Below are positions 1-19,311 of a DNA stretch of 64,000 bases, one piece after another. The notes under the pieces were generated by a model, which was not told the DNA's origin, did no database searches, and worked only from the letters and a program-made list of their open reading frames with translations. A program made the translations under genes and the position numbers. This stretch comes from the human T2T-CHM13v2.0 reference genome, Homo sapiens. The stretch lies in assembly GCF_009914755.1 (NCBI RefSeq), contig NC_060941.1. One strand, 5' to 3'. Numbering within the stretch: the stretch's first letter is position 1; the number at the start of each line of letters is the position of its first letter.

Positions 1-59
1 ATACACTGTACAGGAGACCCCTGATAAAACACACAAATTTTAAAAATTTATTTTTAAAC

Positions 60-2750
<2,691 letters not shown>

Positions 2751-2920
2751 TGAGTCTAGGGAACCTGGAATGCAGCAGCCCCAATCTTGACTTTAGTTAA
2801 CCTGTGTCATATGCAGGGGCTTTAAAGGTGGCCAGGAGCAGGGCATCTGGCTATCTGGCTATCTCCAGGTAGTGGGTCGGGGAGGCTCTGAGACTGCTAC
2901 AGAGCAGACCATTGACAGCC

Positions 2921-3433
2921 TGTAACTGAGTCCAAATTCATTCTGCTTGCTGCGTCATAGCCAATACGTTGAGAGACAAGGAGTTGGAGCAAGGAAAGGG
3001 ACTTTATTTCGGAGAGCCAGCAAACCAAGAAGATGGTGGACTAATGTCCTAAAGAACCGTCTTAAAATTATGCGGGCTTTGCCTTGTCTTTTATGTTTAG
3101 GTCGGGGGAAAGGAAGGGGCTGACAACCGCAGACATCTGGACACCAGCAAGGGTCCAGGGGAGGTTTGCAGAACTTCTTTGTCCTTGGCTAACAGTCTGT
3201 CATGTGACAATAGCCAAACCTCCTCATTCCTATAAATCTTTAACAAAAACAGTTAGCTGTTTACATGCTTCCCCTTTAATCCCAGAGTTAGTTTTGCAAA
3301 CGGCATGATTCCTGTTTTTGCGTTTTATGTCAGTGCTCTAAAGTTATCCTAGCCTAGGTGCAGGAATAGGTAAAGGCCCCTTAAACAAAAATGGAGTTAG
3401 TTATGTTAGTTCTTCTGCTGTTTCATGGTTACA
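2921..3433 (-). mobile_element. Solo ERV1-class LTR (MER4/MER34/MER39-like) in the 3' UTR
   Basis: TGTAAC...GTTACA termini; internal AATAAA and U5-like ending on the minus strand; family name uncertain. Confidence 0.75.
3003..3008 (-). terminator. Candidate proximal poly(A) signal (AATAAA) inside a sense-oriented LTR
   Basis: AATAAAGTCCCTTTCCTTGCTCCA followed by a U/C-rich tract, ~690 nt after the stop codon. Confidence 0.6.
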
Positions 3434-3693
3434 AGACACAGAAGAGAACCCTTGCATCAAAACAGGATGAGATTAGGTTGTTGTTCCTATAAAAAATCCA
3501 TGTGGTTGTTTTTTGGCCCCCTCTTCAATATTCGGGGTGTGCTGACGAAGCGAGCAGCAGCTCTGGAGCCATAAACCACCATCTCATCTCAGCCCAGGGC
3601 ATGCTGGGAGAGGCCAGGAAAAGTCACTTCTCTTCTTTGCTTTAACTGTCTTTTCTGTGGCCTCAAAGTCTTCAAAGGGGAGACTTGGTGTTC

Positions 3694-3906
<213 letters not shown>

Positions 3907-4204
3907 TTATAAGGGCCCTGGGGCACTTGGGCCTACCAGGAGCCACACAACTGACCTTCAGGGACCCTCTCCCTAAAATGTTCCGTGCTGTGATCCCCCA
4001 ACCACTGGGAAACCTGCCGAAAGCTAGAGTGTGGAAGGAGGACACTTTATCCTTCACTGTGTGGTCTGCAGAACTCACAGCTGAAAGGTTCAGCAATACA
4101 CCAAGTGGAGACCTAGGACTGCAATGTGAGGGAGTGGCTCAGAGATGGCTGGCATGATGCTTGAGGCTCTGAAAATGCCAAGATAACCCTCCAAGGTAGC
4201 ACAG

Positions 4205-4640
4205 GATCCACATCAGAGTCAACAGGGGGCTTATTAAAATGCAGATTCTGGCCTGTGCAGTGGCTTATGCCTGTAATCCCAGCACTTTGGGAGGCCAAGA
4301 TGGGCAGATCACTTGAGGCCAGGAGTTCAAGACCAGCCTGGCCAACATGGTGAAACACTGTCTCCACTAAAAATACAAAAATTAGCTGAGTGTGGTGGCA
4401 CGTGCCTGTAGTCGCAACTACTCAGAAGGTTGAGGCACCAGAATTGCTTGAACCCAGGAGGCGGAGGCTGCAGTAAGCCAAGATTGTGCCACTGTACTCC
4501 AGCCTAGGCGACAGAGTGAGACTGTCTCGAAATAAATAAAATGCAGATTCCTGGGCCTGCCTTAGACCTGCCCTATCAGAATCCCTGTGGCCCAGGGATC
4601 TGCAGTTCCCAGGTGTTACCCAGGTAGGCTAAGACTTCAG
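4205..4640. mobile_element. MER5-type hAT relic split by an AluS (~4250-4540, +)
   Basis: MER5 motifs aaaatgcagattc / tatcagaatccctg; AAAATGCAGATTC duplicated on both sides of the Alu. Confidence 0.75.
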
Positions 4641-4915
4641 AATGACTAAGCCTCCTAAGAAACTGGGGGAATGACCTAGGCCTGTGGGTTAATGAGGCTG
4701 GTGGGCTTGTGACCCACGTGGAAGAAACTAGGGTCACAGAGGCACCACTGCTGCACTCTGTGGGGAACTCGTAAGAAGCCAGAAGTGGAGGACTGGGGGC
4801 AGGAGCTGCTGAGCTCTGCAGCCCCGAGTGAAGGGGGCTGAGCCTCACATCCCATGCTGCCCCTCAGGCTGGCTCTTCAGAATTGAGACATTCAAAACTT
4901 AGTATCCTCAATTAA

Positions 4916-5255
<340 letters not shown>

Positions 5256-5709
5256 CCTCAATTTTAGCCTTAAAAGCAGGTATCAGTAGGCAAAAGAGGC
5301 AGAGACCCTGGTTCCCTCATGGCTTTGAGTAAGTACTGAGCCTGGCATTTGGGCATGAGAGACCATAAATCACTGGAGATAGGCTGCACAGCCACTAGAT
5401 GAGCACTATGTGGCACTGTGGCCTTCTTTCTTTCCTCTGGGGATTTTTTCTGATTTCACAAATGGGGGAACAAAAGCAGAGGGGCTGTTCCACAGGACAG
5501 GAGGGCCGAGGGAGTTCTGAGGTGCTGATTTATCAGGGTGCAGGACTTAACGGGCGCCAGCCATCTCGAAATGTGCCAGGATGGGGTGGATGAAGTTTTC
5601 TCAGGTATGTGGCAGGGGAGAGGGAGAAGGGGAGAGGCAGGGACCGAATGGCCCAGGAGACGCCGACGCAGAAGCAGACAGGAGCCCTGTGGCCACAGAT
5701 GACACGGAC

Positions 5710-5870
5710 CTCGATGAAGAAGAGCGCAGCATTGGATGTGGGGTGGCCATTGATGTAAATTCCAGCCAGGATGATGGCCGCCACGAGGAGGACTGCCAGC
5801 ACGATGCCCACGATGGTGCCCAGGTGCACAGGAGTGCCCTTTGTCTTGGGGGACAGGTTGTTCTGAAGGC
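5710..5870 (-). CDS. PLXDC1: PLXDC1 exon 13, includes the transmembrane helix [23 protein letters not shown]
   Basis: 161 nt; cacag|GC and GAG|gtccgt (weak donor); phase 1-0; hydrophobic 23-aa segment. Confidence 0.96.
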
Positions 5871-6169
5871 CTGTGGAGAGATCATTAGGGCAGACAGGGG
5901 CTGCAGGGGAGCAGGGAAGGTCGAACCATGGGGTCTTGGGTTCTAACAAAGTCTCAGAGATGAAAGCCGACAGAGCCTTTGGGTCCACTTATCCAATACA
6001 GGAAGAGGTTGGGTGGGAGTTGGAATCATTATGAGTAAGGCATTCATGTTCTTGACACCATCTGGGTAGTTTTCCAAAATCATGTAAAAGTTGCCCCAAA
6101 TGTCTAATAAGGATCATAAGAGAAGTTCTCTCTGATATCTGTGCCACTACATAAGTGCTATTAAGGAAT

Positions 6170-6430
6170 TCACAAAGGGCATCGGAGGGTTAAGAGTTTG
6201 GGATCTGAAATCTGGCTGCCTGGGTTGAAATCTATGCTCTGCCACTTACTAGCTGTGTGACCTTGTGCAAATTATCTAACCTCTCTGTGTCTTCATTATC
6301 ATTTCTTTTGAACAAGGATAATAACACCCACCTAATAGGGTTATTGTGAAGGTTAAAATTAGATGATCCATGTCAAGCACTGAGGACCATGTCTCCCATT
6401 TTGGATGACTTCAATAAGTATTAGCTATTA
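6170..6430 (+). mobile_element. MIR
   Basis: Core ctctgccacttactagctgtgtgaccttg. Confidence 0.8.
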
Positions 6431-6549
6431 TGATGGCAAATGACCATAGTTTTTCCTATCACTGTCCACTCCCAGATTGTGACCTCTTGCAGGGCAAGGA
6501 TGATGTCTTATTCAACTCTGTGTCCTCAGCTCTTAGAAAAACTGGCAGG

Positions 6550-6864
<315 letters not shown>

Positions 6865-8303
6865 TCAGAGAAGCTCAAAGAAAGTCTATGGGATGATCTA
6901 GGTCCTCTGGAAGCTAATAAGCCAACAGTCACCCTCTGAGAACATCCTAGGCACTTGAAATACGTCCCGGGGGAGAGAGTATTTTCCACAGAGCTGGAAG
7001 CTCAACCCCTTTTGTGCATGACTGAGGTAATGGAAATAACAGAGAGGTTAAGTGATTTCCCCACAGACACACAAATTCAGTGCCCACCACTAAAAAACCT
7101 AGTTCCCTGACACTACCTTGGGTGGCTATTTGCCTCTTCACCCTATCCTAAAAGAGATAATGAGGTAGAGAAGACAGATGAGCAGGTTGGCAACAAAAAT
7201 GTTGCATTCTTCCTACATAGCTAGTGGGTGGGTTGGGAGGGAACTAGGGGTGGCAAGTTTTAATGGGATGTTGCATGCACTCAGAACCATTGTCTTCCCC
7301 ATCCCCTTTGCTCTGCTCTGCACTCTGTAAGCAGAGGACACCCAGGAGAGAAACTATCCTGGGGCACTCCAGGGCATGGCTAGGGCCTCTGTCTGCCAAC
7401 AGGTGGGAGGACTGAGGTGAAATGCCCCAGGTGAGCCTCCCCTGACCTGGATGGCAATCAGCCCGCAGCCTGCAGTGGCTCTGATGATTTGATGATGAAG
7501 GCTTCTGCTGATGAGCACATGGTGCACAGCGAGGGGATTATGGCCCAGCCACCCCCACAACACACACACACACCCACTGCCTATGGAGGAGCAATGGCTC
7601 CACCTCTGCTGGGGGACACCATCACACTGTGCTGCATTAATAATCTTTCCTCTCCTGCTGGAAGCCCTGATGACAATCTCCAGCCCCCGGAGCTGGAAGG
7701 CACTTTCATCTCTACTCTTGCACAGGTTGCCGCAAAGGCCTGAGCTGGCTCTGGGCAAAGGGCAGGGGAGGTGGGGGCAGCTCCCACCCTCAGAAAGGAG
7801 ATTATCCTTCTAGGTAATCCTAGGAGGCTGCAGGGAGTCCCACCTTCTGGCATCCTGCAAAAATTGTAGCGGACAATTTTATGTCCTCTGCCAGCCTGAG
7901 TGAGGAAAGAGAAGCTGCTCTCCACCCCTTGCTGACTATGAGCCCATGGGGATCAGAGGGGATGGCCACAGGCCCCACCTATACCTGCCCTGGCTCAGTC
8001 CTTCCCCTCCTCCCACTCCTTTCTGGGCAGTGAATATTCAAGGACAGAGAGCCAGGAGAAGAACCACAGGAGGTTCAGGGCTGAGATGAGAAATGTCTAG
8101 GGTAGACATGTTCCTTCGATCTAGGGCACCTGTGCCCAGAAGCCCCCCTGCCTCCCCACCCAGCAGGAGGTCTGGGATGCTCAGGCTGCCGTTGCTCCCT
8201 CTCCGCACTCATAAAAATAGCCCAGGCGACTGCTGCACCCTCTTCTGGGGTGGGTCCAAGAGGCGCTGGGTCTGACGCTGAGGGCAGGCAGTTCTGTACT
8301 CAC

Positions 8304-8339
8304 CGTCTCCTCCTGCATAGGGATTCAACTTGGTGTCAT
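8304..8339 (-). CDS. PLXDC1: PLXDC1 exon 12 (DDTKLNPYAGGD), small 36-nt exon
   Basis: Pyrimidine tract plus ttgaag|AT acceptor; GACG|gtgagt donor; phase 1-1. Confidence 0.95.
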
Positions 8340-8893
8340 CTTCAAAGAGAGAAGACAGAAGGAGCAAGATTAGTGGAATCATTACAGCCTTTGTCACTCT
8401 GAGTCCAGATGGGATGAAAGTTCAGCCCAAACTTTCATTTTAGAGGTAAGGAAACTGAGGCTCAGAGAGGGGAGGAGACTTGCTCAAGTCACACAGCAGT
8501 TGAGTGTAGCTGGAGGCTGGGGAGTAAATGAGCGGGGACTGGTGAGAGATGAGGCTGGGAGTGGAGGGCCGGCTGCCTGGAGAGCAATAGGAGGCCATGC
8601 ACGTTCTTCTGTGGGGCGACAGAGAGATGTGTAAGGGTTTGAAGAGGGGCTTTATGTGTCACAAGGTCAGATCAGCCTGGAGACTCCCTGGGGCTGCAGT
8701 GTGCAGGAGAGAGTCCCAACCCACTTTCTGTCTATACCTCGAGGCCTGTAGCCTGTGGCTTTCTAAGTAAGTTTCAAGGGTCCACCCTTCCTGTGGTTCC
8801 TTCCCATGCAGATTTTTATGGGGAAAGAAAAGCAAGAGTTCCATGTCAGGAGAATGCTGTAAATGACTGAAGATTCTTGCCCTAAGCACCTGA

Positions 8894-13021
<4,128 letters not shown>

Positions 13022-13766
13022 GAGATGCAGGGTATTGAAAAAGGATAAGGGAGAGGAATGTCTCAGACATAGCTACAGAATCCTGGAGGGGGCATGGGAG
13101 AAAGGGAAGAGATTTGAGGCCTAGGACCGGAGGAGCCTGCACAAGGCTTCCTGGGACACCGCCTGGTGCATTCACGGGGATGGACCTCTGGCAGCTTCAA
13201 CCAAGACCCCCAGGCCTCCAGGTAGCAGGGAAGCCCCTAGATTGCAAGACCTGAATAGTCAGGGTGGATGGACAGCTGAGGTGGAATTCCCCATCCATCA
13301 CTCCAGGGCCTGAAAGTGAGAAGTCAGGTGATCATACAGAAAAACAAGGCAGCCTTTCTCTCACGCCTGAGTGTATGGACTGAGTTCATACCTGCTACAG
13401 GGATGAGCCTTTTCAGGTTCTGTGAGGACTGCTATTAAGATTAGCTGAGATAAGGTATATAAAATACCTGGCACTGGCCTGGGCTATTAATTTTTCCCCT
13501 CTTCACAGTGAATTGTCTGTAGCCCTGATGTGGGCCAGTACAGTGGTTAGAGCCCAGGAGTAGAGTTCAAGTTCTAAATCTGGCTCTGCTTCTCACCAGC
13601 AAGTGACCTAAACTGTCTGAACTTCAGGCCCCCTTAGCTATAAAAGGATGGGGCAGTTCCCATCCCATGAGATCATCCCTGTCAGGGACAGAGAGGGGGC
13701 CCCAGAGGGGTGGGTAGCTCTCCTTCCTGGCCTCCTCTCTGCTCCCCTCCTGGGCTCAGAACTTAC

Positions 13767-13902
13767 CTTCTGTGGTGAGGCTGTCGATGAAGAGGGAGGA
13801 GGAGGTAGTGGTGAGGTCTCCATCATAGGGGCTGAAGGAAGTGTCAGGGGAGGCTGAGTCGTGGTCCTCATCCTGGAAGTCCTCGCACATCCTGCCCTCT
13901 GC
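13767..13902 (-). CDS. PLXDC1: PLXDC1 exon 11 ([45 protein letters not shown]), Ser/Thr-rich stalk
   Basis: 136 nt; ctgcag|GCA and GAAG|gtaagt; phase 0-1. Confidence 0.97.
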
Positions 13903-14957
13903 CTGCAGGAGAGAGCCAGTGCTGTGTCTTGAATGCATTTACACCTTTCCCTTCATCCTGAAAGCATCTTCTCTTACAGGGCAATTTATCTGTCAGCTGC
14001 TTCAAATCCTTCCTCAAGGAAGGGGCTGAGATGCCAATCTTAAATAAATAGAGCAAATCTGAACGGTCACCAACAGCTAACTTCAAAAGTAGGCGGCTGG
14101 ACAGGGTTTTTTTAAAGCCCAGACTCAGACTAATAAATAGACTGTGGTAAGTGTATGGCCACAGGGTCTGGAGAGTTGATATTTAAATGCTGGGCCCGTC
14201 ACCTTCTAGCAGCGAGATGCAGGCCAATTCATTAAACTTCTCTGAGCCCCAGTTTTCCCCTGTGATCGATCAATGGGGGCAATGGCCCCCAGCTTTTGGT
14301 TCAGGTTAAATAAGAGCGAGGGTAGGGCAACTCACAGTGACATGCTTGGCACATGCAGCATGCTTGCTTTGCAAGAAGATATAAAGGGAGGGGGCAAAAA
14401 AGAGGGCACAGATGAATAGACCCATCTATGTTAGTCTATGGTGTGAGAATAGGATGCTTTCCACCTAGAATCAGTGTTGAGTGTACTGGAAAATTCTTGC
14501 AGTGAGAAGGAACCTGGATGGGATTCTAAAGAGGAGATGCCTGGAACCACCCTTCTCACTCCCAGAATGACTGCCTTCCTCAAAAGCCAGAGGACCAGAG
14601 GCTTAGCAGGTGCATCATTAAGGTCAGCAGGTGCACAGTCTCCCAGAGGAGCCAGCAGTGGCTGAGGCCATGCCCAACATCCCCTCTGCATGCACCAAAA
14701 GAATTCCTTGAGAGCTGCCCACTTAAGGTCAAGGCATCAGAATGCTCGTCTCAGAGACCCACAGAGCCCTCTGAAACCTTCCAAAGTGGGTCTGATTGGC
14801 TCAAGGCAGTCTGGAAAACAAATCTTAGATGGAAGGGAGGATATTGCCAAGAGCTAATGCCACCTTGAGAAGAGTTTCCAGGGGCAGGCCCTACTGGCTG
14901 CCCTCCTGTTCCCCACCACCTGGCACAGGAGTTGCAGCAGATACTTATGCTTCTCAC

Positions 14958-15018
14958 CTCCTGTGCACAGCCATAGTCCATCCACTCCTGGCGATAGCGG
15001 TCAAAGCCACTGGAGCAT
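14958..15018 (-). CDS. PLXDC1: PLXDC1 exon 10 ([21 protein letters not shown]), second half of the PSI domain
   Basis: 61 nt; ctgcag|A and GAG|gtgaga; phase 2-0. Confidence 0.97.
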
Positions 15019-15294
15019 CTGCAGGAGGACCAAAAGGACAGAGTTATGATGGGATTGACAAAGAAGCCTTCCCCTTTCACTGTTCAGTAACAGCTCTCTG
15101 CTGATAGTGAGAAGAGGAGCCAAGGTCCCCAGGCTGAGGTAGTCAGGCACTCCCATTCCCTCTACTTCCCCGGAAGATGAAGGTATTTGTGGCATCCCTG
15201 CCTTCCTTCCCACCCAGCTCCCCAGGACCAAGGCCACATCTGCCCATGTGAGTAGGTGTAGGGGCTAGCAGGACTGCATGAGCTCCAGTGATCC

Positions 15295-15382
15295 TCAAGG
15301 TCGCCTTGACTCTGAGCTGCCGTGACACTGCTGAGAATCCAGGCAATTCACATACGTGTTTTCATCCTGGTTGTTGAGGGAC
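15295..15382 (-). other. PLXDC1: Candidate alternative PLXDC1 exon in intron 9 (27-nt cassette 15356-15382, or terminal read-through to TGA)
   Basis: ctctctttcccaagtttag|GTCC acceptor; AC|gtatgt donor; in frame with exon 9: R-SLNNQDENT(YVNCLDSQQCHGSSESRRP*). Confidence 0.55.
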
Positions 15383-15983
15383 CTAAACTTGGGAAAGAGA
15401 GTAGGGCTAAAGGTAGGCCTCAGCAGACTTAGTCAACACCTCCCCATGTGATCATTCAAGGGCATTTCTGACGGTCCTGCCAGAGAGGCTGGGAGACAAC
15501 TGGCTGACAAGGGTCTCCGGAGAGGGCATTGGACAGCTCAGCTGGGCTGGAAGACACCAAGCGCCCCTGTAGGGAAAGGATGGGGGCATGACGATGCACC
15601 AGAGAATGTTCTCCATGCATCATTCCCAACTTTTCGTTCTTTACTCTTTGGTGCTAGGGGAACCCACCAAGCCCTACTCAAGCCCAGGGATGTCTGCATG
15701 GGAAGAATAACATCATGAACCACCAGTGCCAAGAAGGAATTCTCAGCAGGTTAACTGCACCAGCACCCACTGAGGTTTGGTGAGGCCAAGGGCCAAGGCT
15801 TGCCAGGAGCTGTCAGTCTTTCCTTCTGCAGATGCCTCTGGGCTCTGAGCTGCTCCTCCTGCAGCAGGGATGGCTGAACTGAGCCAGCCACACTCTCCTT
15901 CTGTCAGGTCCTCTATGCCCACTACTTTGGGGGATGGAGGATTAGGAAGGCTATTGGAGGCTGAGAACTAAAGTTTCTTTTAG

Positions 15984-18430
15984 GGCTGGGTGTGGTGGCT
16001 CATGCCTGTAATCCCAGCGTTTTGAGAGGCTGAGGCAGGAGGATTGCTTGAGCCCAGGAATTTAAGGCTATAGTGAGCTATGATGGCACCACTGCACTCC
16101 AGCCTGGGTGACAGAGCAAGACCCTGTCTCTTAAAAAAAAAAAATAGTTTCTTTTAGACTGTGCTAACTGATTCTTTCAAAGATTGAGCCTTTGGTATGG
16201 GTTTATGACCCCCATTTCTGGAGCTAATCCTGGAATTAACATTACCCTTAGACTCCAGAGTGGGTCATGGCGGGGCGGGGGCAGGCAGGCATCTGCCGTG
16301 AGAGACGAAATTGTTTAAATCCATTCCAGCCCAAGAGCAAGGAGAAAAGCTCTGGGAGGCTGTGAAAGGCAAAGTGGGTGGAGGGGAGGGGAGCAGAGAA
16401 CCATGCAGGGACTGACTGCAGCTGTTGGCAGAGAGACCATGTCAGCTGGCCCTGCCCTCCGGGTTTTTAGGGACCTAGGTTCAGCTCTCAGTTGCAGCTG
16501 AGGCTCCAGAGAGCTTGTAAGAAGGGACAATGTGCAGGAGTGAGCCCAGGCCCATGGGGCGCCTGGGGATGGGATGATTTTCAGCCTGCACCAGCCATGC
16601 TCCCCCAGGTGGAGTTTCTCTGTGCTCCTCTTTGCTGACACAACTCCTGCAGATGCACACAGTCAGAGGCCTTGCCCTTCCCCCAGCCTGACCAACCTCC
16701 TAATGTTGAGGAGGGCTCAACCCTCATTTAACTCATAGTCTCTGAATTTGGGCATATGCTTTAAATGGGGGTTGTGTTGATGGGAGAGTTTGGCTGTCAT
16801 CTGACCCATTTTGCAGTTCTCATGGCTCAGCGCTTGTGAAAGCTGAGTCATGTGGTGGCAGCCAGCCCCAGGATCCCAGGGCTCATCTGAGGCCATCTCT
16901 CCATTGCTTAGACCATGGTTCTCAAATTTGAAAGTACACAAGAGGGACCACTTCAAAAATCAGATTTCTGGGATCCTGGTTCCAGAGGATCATATTCAGT
17001 GGGATGGGGCCCAGGAATCTGCATTTTACAAGCCCTCCAGGTATAAGGAGAGCCTCACAGTCTGCAGACTATTCTGCAACGCTCTGCTCCAGGAAGAACC
17101 AACCTGGGGTCTATCCTACATATTCTTTCTGAGGCTCTGTGAGTCTCATGCGAAGGATGCTGAATGCTTTGTAAAAATGCTTCTTGCGGCTGGGCGTGGT
17201 GGCTCACGCCTGTAATCCCAGTACTTTGGGAGGCCGAGGCGGGCGGATCATGAGGTCAGGAGATCGAGACTGTCCTGGCTAACACGGTGAAACCTCATCT
17301 CTACTAAAAAAAAAAAAAAAAATACAAAAAATTAGCCAGGCGTGGTTGCAGGCGCCTGTAGTCCCAGCTACTCGGGAGGCTTAGGCAGGAGAATGGCCAG
17401 AACCCGGGAGGCGGAGCTTGCAGTGAACCGAGATCGCGCCACTGCACTCCAGCCTGGGTGACAGAGCGAGACTCCGTCTCAAAAAAAAAAAAATGCTTCT
17501 TGATATCTTGATAGCCTGGGTGCAGTGGCTCACACCTGTAATCCCAGCATTTTGGGAGGCCGAGGAGGGCAGATCACTTGAACCCAGGAGTTCAAGACCA
17601 GCTTGGCCAACAAAGTGAGACCCCATCTCTACAAAATATTAGAAAAATGGCCGGGTGTGGTGGTGTGCACCTGTGGTTTCAACTACAGGGGGGACTGAGG
17701 CAGGAGGATTGCTTGAGCCAGGAGGTTGAGGCCACAGTGAGCTGTGATTGCACCACTGCACCCCAGCCTGGATGACAGAGCAAGACCCTGTCTCAAAACA
17801 AAACAAAAACTGCTTGAGGAGTTTAAATAACAGTGTGTTTGTTCCCACATCTTCCTGAATCACATGACCCCAGCCCATTTTACAGGGTAAACAATCTGAG
17901 GCCCCAAGAGAGTGAATAAAAGCACAGCTGGTGGGAAGAACACCTGGGAGACCTGATGGGCACACCCCATCCCCTCTGGGCCCAGAGCTGTGTCCTGTGT
18001 GCTAGGCAGGCTGCCTATAAAGGCGAGAACTTCTACATTTGCAGCAGGATATTGGAAAGGAGCAAAGGAATCCTGGAATTAATGTTACTCTTAGACTCCA
18101 GAGTGGGCCATGGTGCAGAGGCAAAGGAAATCACTGGGGCCGGGGCAGTGGCTCACGCCTTTGGGAAGGCCGAGATAGATGGATTACCTGAGGTCAAGAG
18201 TTTGAGACAAGCCTGGCCAAACTCTTGGTTTGGTGAAACCCCATCTCTACTAGAAAAATACAAAAAAATTAGCTGGGTGTGGTGGTGTGTGCCTGTAATC
18301 CTAGCTACTCAAGAGGCTGAGGCAGGAGAATCGCTTGAACTCAGGAGGTAAAGGTTGCAGTGAGCCAAGATCACACCATTGTACTCCAGCCTGGGCAACA
18401 AGAGCAAAACTCTCTCAAAAAAAAAAAAAG
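15984..18430 (+). mobile_element. Alus in intron 9 (~15984-16145, AluY 17188-17493, ~17515-17808, ~18138-18430), not contiguous
   Basis: AluY diagnostics, TSD AAAAATGCTTCTTG, and an expanded A17 linker at 17306-17322. Confidence 0.9.
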
Positions 18431-18899
18431 CACTGGAAAGGAGCATTGGAAAGGAGCAGCACGACAGCTGCACAGGAACTCAGAGACTATAATTTAGCAA
18501 TTTTCAAGATTGCCTTAAAAGCCCTTGGAGTTCATAGGACTTCCCACTCTCATGAGAACTCTAGTCCCCAAGGAAATCTTTTTCTTCCCCCTCCTCCTGT
18601 CATTTATTTATCTTGGACAGGGAACAGAGCTTGAATGCTGAGTCTAATCTGTGAGGAAATGATTTCAGAACAAGGAGTGGAAGAGGAGATGGATTTAAGA
18701 ACATTATCACTGAAACTGAATCTCACCCAGAATTTTCTGAGCTTCTAAAAGCAAGCAAACACAGCTTTTTAGCTCTCCCAACTTTCCATGGATGCCTGTA
18801 GTCCACACCCCTGGTCTTCAGAAAAATCCCTTGCAGCCCAAGAAAGATCTTGAGGTGGTGTTTTGGGGTCATGGGTCTTTGGACCAGACTTTGTCTCTG

Positions 18900-19075
18900 A
18901 ACTGGCAGTTCTCACACTTGTTTGCAGATGAAGCATGATGTTAAAATGCAGCTTCCTGGGTTCTCTCCCAGAGATCCTGATACAGAGGGTCTGGGATGGG
19001 TCCCAGGAATCCAGTGTGTTTAACTGGAGCCCAGGGTCTAATGCCCACAGCTGTGGAACACTCCGAGAAGCCCTG
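18900..19075. mobile_element. MER5-type hAT relic (another at ~16910-17050)
   Basis: cagttctcacactt...aaaatgcagcttcctggg...gagaagccctg. Confidence 0.65.
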
Positions 19076-19311
19076 TTCCAGGATGAACCCTCTCCTCCTG
19101 GGTGTGAGGAGGGAGCCTGAGTAGCTGGAATCCCTAAATGGTCTTCCAGAAGCCCCCAGGCCATGTTCTTGTCCCAAGAGTCAGAGTGGTACTGGCCAGA
19201 GATACTCTCATGTTGGCTGACTGTGGGCAGTGAGGCCAGGACGGGGCCATGCCACCCTCTTCCCCTCCACAGTCGGCCAGTGGGAGTCAGCAGGTAACCC
19301 TGGGCACAAAC

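Noticed and set aside
5581-5946. 121-aa acidic plus-strand ORF
   Set aside because: Antisense shadow of the Val/Ile/Leu codons of transmembrane exon 13.
17306-17322. A17 run as the 3' end of an antisense transcript
   Set aside because: It is an expanded Alu linker with no upstream AATAAA; any cDNA ending here is likely oligo-dT internal priming.
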